Assembly (NCBI GenBank): GCA_964016885.1
Contig: OZ024741.1
Coordinates: 175,646,001 to 175,710,000 of the forward strand
From: Eledone cirrhosa
Lineage: Eukaryota
DNA: 64,000 nt
Direction of reading: 5' to 3'
Shown here: one piece after another, positions 24,609 to 38,872 of the stretch
How the letters are laid out: every line of letters starts with the position of its first letter
Numbering within the stretch: the stretch's first letter is position 1
Notes under the pieces: generated by a model
Database searches by the model: none
What the model was told of the DNA's origin: nothing
The model's input: only the letters and a program-made list of their open reading frames with translations
Made by a program: the position numbers and the translations under genes

Positions 24609-27600
24609 ATGACCTCACTCAGAATAGGCAGCATAAATGCGCGTGGCTTGGGGTCGTCATGGAAGCAGGGTCACCTGCTCAACGACCTCAGGTCACTAAA
24701 CATAGATGTAGTGGCCATCAGCGAGACCAGAATCTCCGAAGCACGGGCCTTCGCACCGATCTTCGGCGGCTACGATGTGTACGCATCTCCCAGCCGTCCT
24801 GGATCGGGTGGAGGAGTTGCTGTGCTTTTTCGGAGAGGTTTGGATCTCGCCATACGGGCCATCTTCCTGGACCCAGAGGGTAAGCTGGTGGTGCTGGACG
24901 TGACCAGCGGAGACGGGCAAGCTTTCAGGCTAGTGGCCGTCTATGCCCCGGCAGGAGCAGGGCGGCCTGATTTCTTCCGGCGTCTGGAGACCTTTCTTGG
25001 AACGTCCCGCTCTTTAGTGTTAGTGGGCGACTGGAACGGGATCTTAGATGCACGCTGGGACTGTGTGGGATTAGCGGATAGGGGTGGAGGGTGCAAGAGC
25101 CTCACCAACCTGCTCAGGCGTTTTGAACTGTCTGACAGGTACCGATTGGATTTCCCGAATGTGCCAATGTGGACTTGGACAAACCGCATAGGGTCATCCA
25201 GATCATATCTAGATAGAGTATTTTGTAGGGAAATAGATAGGTCTAGCATAGGCTGTCCACAATTCAAGATAGTCAGCTACACGGACCACAAATTCGTGAC
25301 CTGTGTGCTTGACTTAGATAGGCTTCATAGACGAGGACCCGGCTACTGGAAGCTAAACGCGTCTTTACCAGCGAGCAAGGCCTACAGAGACCGGATTAGC
25401 GAACTAGTTAAGCGGGCGTTGACGGGGGCCATCGTCAACAACAAGTGGTGGTTTGCTCTGAAAAGAGCGATTAGAATAGAATCGATTAGGTTTAGTAAGG
25501 CTTTAGCAATAGAGAAAAATAGAGCAGAGGGAGAACTAGTTAAAAAATTAGACGAGGCGCTTAGCAAAGGCATTGCGACCGACGTGCTTGCGGCGAAATT
25601 GGCCCTTGACCAATTCTTCAATGCAAAGCACGAAGGCTGCGTTGTCAGAGCTAGGGTGCGTGCTCTCAGACACGAGGGGACGAAAGCCGTTCAATGGGCC
25701 CGAGTGGCGGAGGCGCGTCGTGGCAACAAAGCCACGATCCGGTCTTTGGTGGACCACGACGGGCGCATGCTACTCGATCCCGGGCAAATGTGTGAAGCTT
25801 TTCAGCGACACTTCGCTCAGCTGTTCGGGGGCAGCGGGGGGCCGGGTAGAGGGATGGACTTTAGTGTCTACCTCGACGGACTGCCGCGGCTCTCGGCCAC
25901 TGAGGCGAAGTGTTGCGAAAAGCCGATAACAGCCGCTGAAGTAAGGGAGGCAATGACTGGCTGCACAAGGGGTAAATCGCCTGGTTTGGATGGTGTGCCC
26001 TATGAACTTTACGTACAGATGCCAGACTTGTTCGGAGGCCTCTTGGCAGACGTCTACTGCAACTGGCAACAGAACGGGAGAATTCCCAGTTCTGTGAGCC
26101 GAGGAGCGGTGGCACTGCTGAGAAAGGATCCGAACAAGGGGGATAACATAGACAATTTCCGGCCCATAACTCTGCTAAACACAGAGTTTAAGATTTTGGC
26201 CAAGGTGCTAGCAAAGAGGTTGGCGCTTGTCGTTGGTGGTCTGGTGGGAGAGGCGCAGACATGCGCCATTCCCGACAGATCCATCCACGACAACCTCCAC
26301 CTCATGCGATACATCGTAGAGAGGGTAGCTAGGGAACCTGGCACGGGTGGGTCCTTGATCAATTTAGATCAGTCGAAAGCTTTCGATAGGGTCGACCATC
26401 GTTACCTAGCGGCAGTCCTGAGGGCGGCTGGCTTTGGGCCCGTCTTCAGAGGCTGGATCGCTGCCATGCACAGCGACATCTGCTCTGTGGTGAGAGTGAA
26501 CGGTCACCTGTCGGAGCCGTTCAACATCATGCGCTCGGTCCGCCAAGGATGTCCCCTCACGTCCCTCTTGTACGTATTGACTCTCGAGCCATTACTGCAC
26601 AAACTGGAGACGTTGAGGGGAGTCCCGCGCGAACTAGGATGCGGAAGATCAGTGTCAGCATATGCGGACGATGTCACCGTAGTGGTGTAGAGCGCCAAAC
26701 ACATCGAGGCGATCGGCACTACACTAAGAGAATACGAAGCGGTGACAGGAGCAATGATCAACCAGGAAAAGTCAGTGGGCCTGCAGCTCGGCACCTGGAG
26801 AGGCAGGTCCATGCCGTCCAACAGCGTCGTCGGACGCTGGACGGACGGACCGGTTAAATTGCTAGGGGTCTGGTTCGGTCCGGACCTCCAGACGGACAAA
26901 AACTGGGACGAGGTGACGAGCAGGATGGCTTCTCTCACCCAGAAATGGGCGGAGAGGAAGCTATCCCTGAAAGGTCGAGCGGAGGTGGCTAACGCGTACA
27001 TCGTGTCCGTCATCTGCTACCGTCTGACCTTCGTACCTTGTCCTAAGCCTCGCCTGACTGCGCTGGAGCGTTTGCTCTTTCGCTTTTTGTGGAAGGGACG
27101 CGCTCCGATGGTCAGGCGGTCCATCTGTTGTCAACACCGGCTACGTGGAGGGCTGGGCATGCCGTGGCTGATGATGCGCAGGCACGCGCTCAGGCTACGA
27201 CATCTCCACCTCTTCCTCGACGGTGATCAGGTGTGGTCGCCGTTTGCTAGGCGCGTGTTTCCCCAGCTCGTTTCCTTGACGGAGCTGCAGTCCTGGGTCA
27301 AGCGAAGACCGAGAGGGAGCGCCTGGAGACTGGAATGTCTTCAGGCGCTCACAGCCCTCGACCAATCGGGCAATGTGATCGGTGGAAACTCCACCTCGGC
27401 GTTCTATAGAGGATTAGTGGAGGGAAGAGCGATGACGTACTTGGGGAAACTCTAGGCGTCGACGAAAATCAACTAGCCAATCTCTTCGGAAGAACTTTCG
27501 TGCCAGGGCCTATGGACAACTTCCAGAAATCTCTGGCCTGGCAGTGCTACCGAGGAGCCTTGCCAGTTCGGGATAAACTCTACAGGCATGGAGGTGCCGT

Positions 27601-28028
27601 CAGCCGGGCATGTCCGAGATGCACGCAGGGCGACGAAACCGTCCTGCACGCACTCGTCCAGTGTCCGAAAATTGCTGACTTGTGGGTTTATGTCGAACAC
27701 CTGCTGTCGCGTTTAGGACGGATCCGGCTATCATCTGAGTCCATCGTGAGGATTGCCCCGCCCTCCTCCTTTAGCCGGGAAGGGCAGGCAGTTTTTATCT
27801 GCCTGGTGGCCATGGTGAAAGAGATAGTATGGTGGACACGTTTGAAAGGGCTGAAGACGAGCACTTACCTCTTCGGTGATGCTCTGATTGACTTTTTCAA
27901 ATTTCATTTGAAAAGGAAAATCAGAGTAGAGAGGGAAGTGCTCTCTTCCCAGCATTTTGTTGAAAGATGGGTGAGAGAAGCAAGAATGGCCCGAGTGAAT
28001 GGGCCTACTCTGAGTATATATCTGTAAA
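24609..28028 (+). pseudogene. T1 ORF2: AP endonuclease + RT + C-terminal zinc finger; stop at 26688-26690 and frameshift ~27425
   Basis: SINARGL, ISET, VYAP, GDWN, YLDR, TDH; DQSKAFDRVDH, SVRQGCPL, YADD; CPRC..H..C. Confidence 0.93.
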
Positions 28029-28317
28029 TTAAAGGTGGAAAACTGGGAGAGGGCACTTGCCTTGGTGGTCAGGGTCATTGTGGCTTTTTACTGGGCTTTC
28101 ACCACAAATGTCCCTCCGAAGTCTCCCCCCTATTGGGGAATTTTTCATTGTTATTTTCATTGTTATTTTTGTTACATCCTCTGTTTTTGTTTTTTACACG
28201 CAGAAATGCCCATTTGTACCGTCCTGCATTGTCCTGCACTGTCCTTAATGTCTACTTTATGTAAACCCTTGTGGTTAATAAAGAAATCATTATTATTATT
28301 ATTATTGTTATTGTTAT

Positions 28318-31300
28318 TCCTTGAATCTCAGTCATTGATGTTGGTTAACTGGAAAGTCCGTTGGATTGAATATCAAGCCACTACCTGCAGCCTCAGATAT
28401 TCAGGACGTATCGGAGGGTTCTTGCCGTTCCAAGCAAGCATGCCTTTTGAAGCGTTCCAAAAAGCGTGAAGGGGCCGATTTTCTTTAACCATCCCTGGAA
28501 ACCTTTGGAGATAGTCCCCAGTGCGCCTATGACAATCGGGATCACTTTGACTTCATGGCAGTTCCAAATCCTTTTCACCTCCCACTTTAGGTCCTGGTAT
28601 CGGTTAATTTTCTACCTCTCCTTCTCTTGCACTCTCGTGTCGAACGGGCAGGCCACATCCACAATCAGGCACGATCTTTTTCTTTGTCCACAACCACCAG
28701 GTCAGGTCTATTGTGTTCCAGTTTTTTGTCCGTCTGTATCCTAAAATCCCACAGCACCTTCACCTGACTGTTCTCCATCACCGCCTCTGGCCTATGCTCA
28801 TACCATTTCTCAGAATGTGGTAGATTGTTTACTATGCACAGGTGCCAGTGGATCACCCTGCCCATCACATCGTGTCTCCAGCCCTTATAGTGGGTCTGGG
28901 CTAGGTGTTTACACTCGGAACACAATGTGAGCCACAGTCTCCTCTCTCTCTCCACAGATCCTGCACAGTGGGCTAGCCTCCTCCTTGTAGATATGGTGCT
29001 TCAACCACTTCGTTTTAAGGGGCTGCTCCTGCGCAGCCATTAGCATTCCTTCTGTAGCCTTTTTGAGGTCTCCTCTTCTCAACCAGTTCCATGTCTGTGG
29101 ATCTCTAAATTCAGTTTTCTCAAAGAAGGTACTATGAAGGGATTTTCCCTTAAGGCTGCTCTTCCTCCTTGATGTTATTTCCTCCTTGGGTATCCCCTGG
29201 CCTACTGTCCCCTCCTTCAGTACAGCTCTGAGCATTGGCTCCTTACTATAGGTCACGTATTTGTATAGGTTGTTTTTCTCCATCTGAACACAGTCCTCTA
29301 TGCTGATAAGACCTCTTCCACCCTCAGATCTCCTTAGGTAGAGTCTATCGACATCACTCCTCTCGTGGAACATGTTGTAGATAGTCAATAGCTTCCTAGT
29401 CTTCCTATCCATTTCTTTTTGTTCAGCAACATTCCATCTCAGAATTCCCGCACTGTACCTAATAATAGACACAGCTCGGGAATTTACTGCGCTTATGGCA
29501 TTTCTGCTGTTCAGATGTGACTTCAATACGCTCCTTACTCTCCGAATGTATTCAGTTCTTAACAATTCCTTCATTTTTTTGTTCTTTATGCCATCAGCCT
29601 CCAGAACGCCCAAATACTTGTATCCTTCCTCAGAGTCAATTTCCTTTATCATCTCACCTGTTGGTATCTGGATCCCGTTACTTCTGCTCAACCTACCCCT
29701 CCTCATCACAATGTCTCCACATTTACCAATACCAAACTGCATACATATATCACTGCTGAAAATACGGACAGTGTCAACAAGCACATCCAACTCCTTCTCA
29801 CTTTTCCCGAAGAGCTTGAGATCGTCCATGAAGAGGAGGTGATTGATGGTAAGCTCTCCCCTTCCCAACTTGTATCCTGCTCTCACTTTTCGCAGCATAA
29901 TGGTCAAGGGCATCAGGGCAAGGACAAACAACAGAGGGGACAGGCTATCTCCCTGGAAGATACCTCTCTTGATCTTCACGCTTCCCAAGGATACTCCAGT
30001 TGATGTCAACTCTGTCTCCCAGGACCCCATACTCCTGCCCAGCAACTGTCTGATGTTATCTGCCACCCTGAAGATCTCCAGGCTTTTGGTGATCCAGGAA
30101 TGAGGCACCATGTCAAATGCCTTTCTGTAGTCTATCCATCCCATGGCAAGATCAGTGTGTCTCCTCCTGCAATTCCCCATTACCATCTTATCAATAAGCA
30201 ACTGGTCCTTTGTACCACGTGACTTCTTTCGGCATCCTTTCTGTTCGTCCGGCAACAAGTTGTTTGTGTGGTGGTGATGGTAGATTTCCTCAGACACAAT
30301 GCTCGTCAACAGTTTCCACATTACGGGCAGACATGTGATAGGTCTATAGTTGGTAACATCATTACCCTTGATTCGGTCTTTCATTATCAGAACTGTGGTA
30401 CCTTTTGTCAACCACTCTGGCACCTCACCCGACACCAAGCAGTCATTGAACATGGCCGTCAGCTTCGGGTGGAGGGATGTTAAATGTTTAATCCAATACC
30501 CCTGCACACCATCTGGGCCTGGTGATTTCCAGTTGGTTAGTTTTTTGGCTTGCCCCTTAAGAGTTTCAACTGTGATACTCAAATCAGTCTGTTGCTGTGC
30601 CTGCTCACCGATCTCCCTCTGTACTGTCTCAATCCACCCTGCCTGGGCATTGTGTCTAACATCCTGCTCCCATATTCCTCTCCAGAATGTTTTAGCTTGT
30701 TCCGCCCCAGGGATCAAGTCGTTGCCTCTTTCTTTCCCCTCAAGCTGTCCAAACAGCATCTTCTGGTTGTTGTCGAACATGCGGTTCTGTTTATACTGAC
30801 TGACTCTGTTCTCGTATCACCTGATTTTGGCACTCTTTGCTACAATGCGTTGCTTCAATTCCTCTATGATAATATTTAGCTTTTTACTCCTAGTTTTGTA
30901 TTTTATTTCCAGTCTATTTTTAGTGCCTATGTTTTTTAGTGTCCCATTCAGTAGTGACTCAAGCTTTCCTATGTCATTTCTCATTTCCCCGATTTGCCCA
31001 CTCAGTCGCTTCTTCCACCACGGCTCTGCTCTTTCTTGTCTGTTGTTTCCTCTCGCTTTTATACCAAGTAGTTTCCTCACCGTATTTGCTGTTGCTTTGA
31101 GGGTATTGTTGCACTGGTGAAGACTCCTCGCCTCAAGGTATGGGATGACTTTGTTTACCTTAGCTGTTGTTTCTTTTAACTTTTTCCTGTCTACAAATCT
31201 TAGGTTCATAGGTCTCCCACTATCATTGTTCAACTCATCTACCACTAAATTTAGGATGTCAACCGAATCTTGTCCTAGCCCGTCAGCATTCATCTCCTCA

Positions 31301-31762
31301 GTGGCCGTATCTCTGTTCCAGGTATTATTTATCTCAGTATTCAGATCATTGTCTGCTTCGGGTGGTTCCTCCGTTCTCAGGACCTCCTCACCTTCATTTC
31401 CCACCGGCTCGCTTGTCTGGCATACTACACCCGCCATCTCCAAGCCATTCTCTCTGCTCAGTTCCTCCAGTTCCAGCTCGCTTATCCACCCATTAGTTCT
31501 TATTACCCGAGCCTGCCCGGCCAATTTTTGTTCATCTAATTTAAATAAACCAATCTCGTTCCAGATGTTATGCATCCGTCTCCTGTAGCCCCTCTCCTTG
31601 GGGTTACTTTTCAGGTAGCATTGCATAACAGTTCTATTCAATTCTTTCGTCCAGTTGGTTCTGGCCCCTTTCCTTCTTCTTCTTCCTCCAACATCAGCAG
31701 TATTTGGTTGACAGTCAGGTTCCTGCTGCTGAGCCAGGGGGCACCTGTTGGGTGAGAGTCTG

Positions 31763-31764
<2 letters not shown>
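28318..31764 (-). mobile_element. Family B copy B2 (5'-truncated just inside the ORF start; stop at 30817, frameshifts ~28920 and ~28680)
   Basis: Near-identical to B1; (TTA)n at 31765-31818. Confidence 0.93.
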
Positions 31765-31818
<54 letters not shown>

Positions 31819-33160
31819 TGACGATTTGTCTCAACCAGCTTTGATGTTGCTTTAGGCCGGTTATGATATGGAATAACGGCTCTAACTAATAACCGAGGGT
31901 AGCTCTAACCTTTTCATATCCTTCCTTTTTGTTTTGATTCTACTGGTAATCCAGAAACTTCCAAAAAATCGAACGGTTCCCAGCAGACATGTCCTCTGGA
32001 GTACTTCAATCGCTGGTGCAAAATCTAATTCGACAGATACTTATCAAAGTTATTTGTCACCAAATCAAGAGCGCCAATCAACACTGGGACAAAGGTGACT
32101 GTCTTAATTTCATTTTTCAAGTCTGTATAAACTCCTATGTTCCCCATCTTTTTGTTCAATTACGGTGTCAAAAGGACACGTTACATCTTTCTCTCTTTCT
32201 CAATTACGATATCTGGTTTGTTATTTTCAATTTTCATTCGGCCGCAATTGGGAAATCCCACAAGAGCATTATCTCATCGTTCTCTAACATCTTATTTGTG
32301 ACAGCAATTTATAGCTTTTGCTACGCATGGAAATTCATACTTTTTATACAAGCTCCCGTGTAACATGACAGCCATCACATCATGTCGGCCCTTTTTTGTA
32401 TTCCTTGTGGGCAAAAATTACTTACACTCGGAAACGATATCAGCAACTGACTCTGCATTCTTCCCACAAATTAGGCATTCAGTTTGAACATCTTTCTTGT
32501 TTGTTCTTAATTATTCACATTGTTCTTATGGCTTGATCTTACGCTGCTAGTATCAGACTTATCTTAAGATAGCCTTTCAGTAACCGTAACCGAGTACTTT
32601 TATCATCACACACGCTTCTTATTTCTTTAAGGAATGCTCATCAAGAAGCAGGATTTCTCCATGTCTGTATGCATTTCGTCAGCTAATATTTCTGTTATAT
32701 CAAACATGATATTTTTCATGGTATTTCATGGTGTTTCCCCAGTATCCATTTACATGATCTGTCCCACTTGCTTTTGCAAATGGATTTTACCCATCTCTTT
32801 TAATATTTCGATGTTTTCTTCTTTCTGTACACCTGTTACCTGTTTTCCAGCCTTATTTATCCAATCTGCATTATCACTGTGTTGAATAGATTTTCTCTAA
32901 ATGTTATTCCACAAAACAATGCTTCCCTCTCCATCTGATCTTACATCATTGTTCTTTTCGATTATTTCCAGTTTCTCAAACAATATTTTTGGTTGCTTTG
33001 AAAGAATCTAATGTTCATGAATTGGTTATTTCCTTCGTAATTCGTTACTTTTGTAATCTTTGCTTTTATTCGTTACTTCAACACATCTATGACTGCATTA
33101 ATTCCCTTGTTCTTCACATTGTCTTCCAGTGCTTCATTTTACATTCGTTCAGCAACCTTA
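31819..33160 (-). mobile_element. Old, internally deleted R4/Dong-like element (family C)
   Basis: Broken-frame remnants TCLLGT, LLWDF, NKPDIV, TCPFDT and FFQSNQK resemble family B; most of RT is missing. Confidence 0.7.
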
Positions 33161-33182
33161 CATTATTATAATTATTATTATT

Positions 33183-33402
33183 AGAGTTGTGGATTAGCAG
33201 TATCCATAGAGCGTCGGACAACATGCTTTCAGGCATAGAGTTACATCCCATTATGTCTGAGTTAAAATCCCACCGAGATTAGCTTTGCCTTTCATCCTTA
33301 CTACGGTGTCGATAAAATTAATGTACCAGTAATGCACTCTGGTCGATTCAATCGACTTTCATCTCTCCCAAAGTTGCTGCCCTTGAGCCTATATACGAAA
33401 CC
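33183..33402 (+). mobile_element. Degraded SINE followed by (AAT)n at 33403-33471
   Basis: Head, core and end motifs are recognisable. Confidence 0.8.
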
Positions 33403-33464
<62 letters not shown>

Positions 33465-33471
33465 TAATAAT

Positions 33472-36400
33472 GATTTCTTTATTAACCACAAGGTTTTACA
33501 TAAAGTAGACATTAAGGACAGTGCAGGACAATGCAGGACGGTACAAATGGGCATTTCTGCGTGTAAAAAACAAAAACAGAGGATGTAACAAAAAATAACA
33601 ATGAAAAATTCCCCAATAGGGGGGAGACTTCGGAGGGACATTTGTGGAGAAAGCCCAGTAAAAAGCCACAATGACCCTGACCACCAAGGCAAGTGCCCTC
33701 TCCCAGTTTTCCACCTTTAATTTACATATATATACTCAGAGTAGGCCCATTCACTCGGGCCATTCTTGCTTCTCTCACCCATCTTTCAACAAAATGCTGG
33801 GAAGAGAGCACTTCCCTCTCTACTCTGATTTTCCTTTTCAAATGAAATTTGAAAAAGTCAATCAGAGCATCACCGAAGTGGTAAGTGCTCGTCTTCAGCC
33901 CTTTCAAACGTGTCCACCATACTATCTCTTTCGCCATGGCCACCAGGCAGATAAAAACTGCCTGCCCTTCCAGGCTAAAGGAGGAGGGCGGGGCAATACT
34001 CACGATGGACTCAGATGATAGCCGGATCCGTCCTAAACGCGACAGCAGGTGTTCGACATAAACCCACAAGTCAGCAATGCTCGGACACTGGACGAGTGCG
34101 TGCAGGACGGTTTCGTCGCCCTGCGCGCATCTCGGACATGCCCGGCTGACGGCACCTCCATGCCTGTAGAGTTTATCCCGAACTGGCAAAGCTCCTCGGT
34201 AGCACTGCCAGGCCAGAGATTTCTGGAAGTTGTCCATAGGCCCTGGCCCGAAAGTTCTTCCGAAGAGATTGGCTAGTTGATTTTCGTCGACGCCTAGAGT
34301 TTCCCCAAGTACGTCGTCGCTCTTCCCCTCCACTAATCCTCTATAGAACGCCGAGGTGGAGTTTACACCGATCACATTGCCCGATTGGTCGAGGGCTGTG
34401 AGCGCCTGAAGACATTCCAGTCTCCAGGCGCTCCCTCTCGGTCTTCGCTTGACCCAGGACTGCAGCTCCGTCAAGGAAACGAGCTGGTGAAATACGCGTC
34501 TAGCAAACGGCGACCACACCTTATCACCGTCGAGGAAGAGGTGGAGATGTCGTAGCCTGAGCGCGTGCCTGCGCATCATCAGCCACGGCATGCCCAGCCC
34601 TCCACGTAGCCGGTGTTGACAACAGATGGACCGCCTGACCATCGGAGCGCGTCCCTTCCACAAAAAGCGAAAGAGCAAACAACTCCAGCGCAGTCAGGCG
34701 AGGCTTAGGACAAGGTACGACGGTCAGGCGGTAGCAGATGACGGACGCGATGTACGCGTTAGCCACCTCCGCTCGACCTTTCAGGGATAGCTTCCTCTCG
34801 GCCCATTTCTGGGTGAGAGAAGCCACCCTGCTCGTCACCTCGTCCCAGTTTTTGTCCGTCTGGAGGTCCGGACCGAACCAGACCCCTAGCAATTTAACCG
34901 GTCCATCCGTCCAGCGTCCGACGACGCTGTTGGACGGCATGGACCTGCCTCTCCAGGTGCCGAGCTGCAGGCCCACTGACTTTTCCTGGTTGATCATTGC
35001 TCCTGTCACCGCTTCGTATTCTCTTAGTGTAGTGCCGATCGCCTCGATGTGTTTGGCGTTCGACACCACTACGGTGACATCGTCCGCATATGCTGACACG
35101 GATCTTCCGCATCCTAGTTCGCGCGGGACGGCCCTCAACGTCTCCAGTTTGTGCAGTAATGGCTCGAGAGTCAATACGTACACGAGGGACGAGAGGGGAC
35201 ATCCTTGGCGGACCGAGCGCATGATGTTGAACGGTTCCGACAGGTGACCGTTCACTCTCACCACAGAGCAGATGTCGCTGTGCATGGCAGCGATCCAGCC
35301 TCTGAAGACGGGCCCAAAGCCAGCCGCCCTCAGGACTGCCGCTAGGTAACGATGGTCGACCCTATCGAAAGCTTTCGACTGATCTAAATTGATCAAGGAC
35401 CCACCCGTGCCAGGTTCCCTAGCTACCCTCTCTACGATGTATCGCATGAGGTGGAGGTTGTCGTGGATGGATCTGTCGGGAATGGCGCATGTCTGCGCCT
35501 CTCCCACCAGACCACCAACGACAAGCGCCAACCTCTTTGCTAGCACCTTGGCCAAAATCTTAAACTCTGTGTTTAGCAGAGTTATGGGCCGGAAATTTTC
35601 TATGTTATCCCCCTTGTTCGGATCCTTTCTCAGCAGTGCCACCGCTCCTCGGCTCACAGAACTGGGAATTCTCCCGTTCTGTTGCCAGTTGCAGTAGACG
35701 TCCGCCAAGAGGCCTCCGAACAAGTCTGGCATCTGTACGTAAAGTTCATAGGGCAGACCATCCAAACCACGCGATTTACCCCTTGTGCAGCCTGTCATTG
35801 CCTCCCTTACTTCAGCGGCTGTTATCGGCTTTTCGCAACACTTCGCCTCAGTGGCCGAGAGCCGCGGCAGTCCGTCGAGGTAGACACTAAAGTCCATCCC
35901 TCGACCCGGCCCACCGCTGCCCCCGAACAGCTGAGCGAAGTGTCGCTGAAAAGCTTCACACATTTGCCCGGGATCGAGTAGCATGCGCCCGTCGTGGTCC
36001 ACCAAAGACCGGATCGTGGCTTTGTTGCCACGATGCGCCTCCGCCACTCGGGCCCATTGAACGGCTTTCGTCCCCTCGTGTCCGAGAGCACGCACCCTTG
36101 CTCTGACAACGCAGCCTTCGTGCTTTGCATTGAAGAATTGGTCAAGGGCCAATTTCGCTGCAAGCACGTCGGTCGCAATGCCTTTGCTAAGCGCCTCGTC
36201 TAATTTTCTAACTAGTTCTCCCTCTGGTCTATTTTTCTCTATTGCCAAAGCCTTACTAAACCTAATGGATTCTATTCTAATCGCTCTTTTCAGAGCAAAC
36301 CACCACTTGTTGTTGACGATGGCACCCGTCAACGCCCGCTTAACTAGTTCGCTAATCCGGTCTCTGCAGACCTTGCGCGCTGGTAAGGACGCGTTTAGCT

Positions 36401-38837
36401 TCCAGTAGCCGGGTCCTCGTCTATGTAGCTTATCTAAGTCAAGCACACAGATCACGAATTTGGGCTCCGTGTAGCTGACTATCTTGAATTGTGGACAGCC
36501 TATGCTAGACCTATCTATTTCCCTACAAAATACTCTATCTAGATATGATCTGGATGACCCTATGCGATTTGTCCAAGTCCACATTGGCGCATTCGGGAAA
36601 TCCAATCAGTACCTGTCAGACAGTTCTAAACGCCTGAGCAGGTTGGTGAGGCTCTTGCACCCTCCACCCCTATCCGCTAATCCCACACAGTCCCAGCGTG
36701 CATCTAAGATCCCGTTCCAGTCGCCCACTAACACTAAAGAGCGGGACGTTCCAAGAAAGGTCTCCAGACGCCGGAAGAAATCAGGCTGCCCTGCTCCTGT
36801 CGGGGCATAGACGGCCACTAGCCTGAAAGCTTGCCCGTCTCCGCTGGTCACGTCCAGCACCACCAGCTTACCCTCTGGGTCCAGGAAGATGGCCCGTATG
36901 GCGAGATCCAAACCTCTCCGAAAAAGCACAGCAACTCCTCCACCCGATCCAGGACGGCTGGGAGATGCGTACACATCGTAGCCGCCGAAGATCGGTGCGA
37001 AGGCCCGTGCTTCGGAGATTCTGGTCTCGCTGATGGCCACTACATCTATGTTTAGTGACCTGAGGTCGTTGAGCAGGTGACCCTGCTTCCATGACGACCC
37101 CAAGCCACGCGCATTTATGCTGCCTATTCTGAGTGAGGTCATGTTTAAAATAGAGTGGAAAAGATGGGAAAGACCACTTACCGTACTTTTGGTAGAGGAG
37201 GGATGGTTTTTACATCCCTTTTCACTTGATCGTCTGGTGAAGGGACCGTTGAATCGTCTCTTCGGCTGGTCGTCGGCTCTTCTAAGAGAATGTCTGAATA
37301 TACTCTTCGATTGAATATACTCTGCTGCTGTTTTTGATTTCCGTGGAGTGGGTATGGGTGCCACGGACCTATCGTTTCTGGTTGCTGCTTGTCCTGTTGC
37401 TGGTAGCCGTGGAGCCGGATTCGGAAGGAGGGGGGGTTTCTCCTTTCTCAGGGTCTTCTCGTTGCAGAAGGCCCTGAGGTGAGTCTTCGATCCACAGCGA
37501 AAGCATTTCGGACGTTTGCCCTCAACACTTATGGGCAGTTGAGTGCCGTTATCGAAGTCTATCACATCCGGGTAACTTCGATGCACTCCTGGTTGGTTTG
37601 GATTAGCATCTCAATGGAGGTGCCTACCCAATCTTCTCTTACTTTTTTCTGTACTTGCAGTACAGTTGTTTTGTCCTCGATTCCGACGAGGACAGACGCG
37701 GCCAGCCAAGAAGGGGCCATTCCGGGGGGGACGTGGGTCAGTTTGACCCTCACAATTTTTTGCCCGCAGTAGGAGGGCACGAACACCATTTCCTCGCTCC
37801 TTAGGGTCACTACTGATTGGGCCTTTGCCTCCTGGGGTGTGGCAAAAAGTACGTCTACGGTGGCATATTTTTTGCCTCGGGTGATGTGCGTTTTCCGCTG
37901 CCACACAGACCCCAAGGCTTTTTGTATCTGAGCCTCTGTGGCTCTTTCCACCCTATGGGATTTTGTACTTACTGTACGGTACGTGACCGTACAGTGCTGT
38001 TGGGTTTCGAAAAATTTTTCCGCTGCCTTGCAGATTGCTCGGTGTCCATTCTTTGTCTCCATCTTCTTCGCTTCCTCTAATTCCTCATTTGTTATGAGGA
38101 TTGTTTCCAAGTTTTTCGCAATGCCTGCAAATGAGATTGGTTTTTCTTTGCTGCTATTGTTGTTGTTGTCGTCAGAGCTGCTGGTACTTTTGTTGTTGCT
38201 GCAGGTACTACGACTACTGCCTCCGCCGCTGTTGCTGTGGTTGTTGTTGGTGTTGCTGCTGCTAATGCTGTTGTTGTTTATGCTGCTGGTGATGCTGTCG
38301 CGGCTGCTACTGTTGTTTTCATTGTCACTGTTGCTGTTGTTATTACGGCTGCTACTGCTATTATTCTTGACGTCAGACGAATGAACTGGGTTTTCGTATT
38401 TCCCGCACACCTGTTTCGTCGCTGTCGTCGTCGTCGTGGAGAAACCTTGCACGCTTTGCACGAGACTTTTCTTTTCTTTCGTCACTTGCGAAAGAGAAGG
38501 GAGGGAGAGAGACACATTTAAAGAAGGGAGGGATAGAGACAATCTTCTCTCTGCTGTAGTGATGATTGAGGAAGAAGACGGAATGAGTGGGAGTGACGTA
38601 TGAAATTTCTTTTTCGTAGCCATGTTGTTTTTTGTTTAAAATGAATATTGGGTACAAAACCCCAATAACTGGTTATTTAACCCCGAAGGGCCAAATAACG
38701 GACAGAAAGACCCCTCTCACGAGGAGGAGGGTGTCTTTATCAACAATTTGGTTCAAGTTTTAAACAATTTACAATTGTTTTAACGGTTAAAAATTACTAT
38801 ACCTTACAGAGCCGAGCCTCCGTCAACCATGGCATTC
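33472..38837 (-). mobile_element. Tx1 copy T2: full 5' end; ORF1 from 38623 with a frameshift and ~650-bp deletion; ORF2 37142-33722 with a stop at 36606 and a frameshift ~34680
   Basis: Near-identical to T1, including the 5' start GAATGCCATGG. Confidence 0.92.

Positions 38838-38872
<35 letters not shown>

Larger units (their letters stand above)
22281..28288 (+). mobile_element. Tx1-clade (L1 group) LINE, copy T1, full length ~6.0 kb, inserted in (TTA)n
   Basis: Two ORFs; AATAAA at 28277-28282 followed by a gaaatc(att)n tail. Confidence 0.92.
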
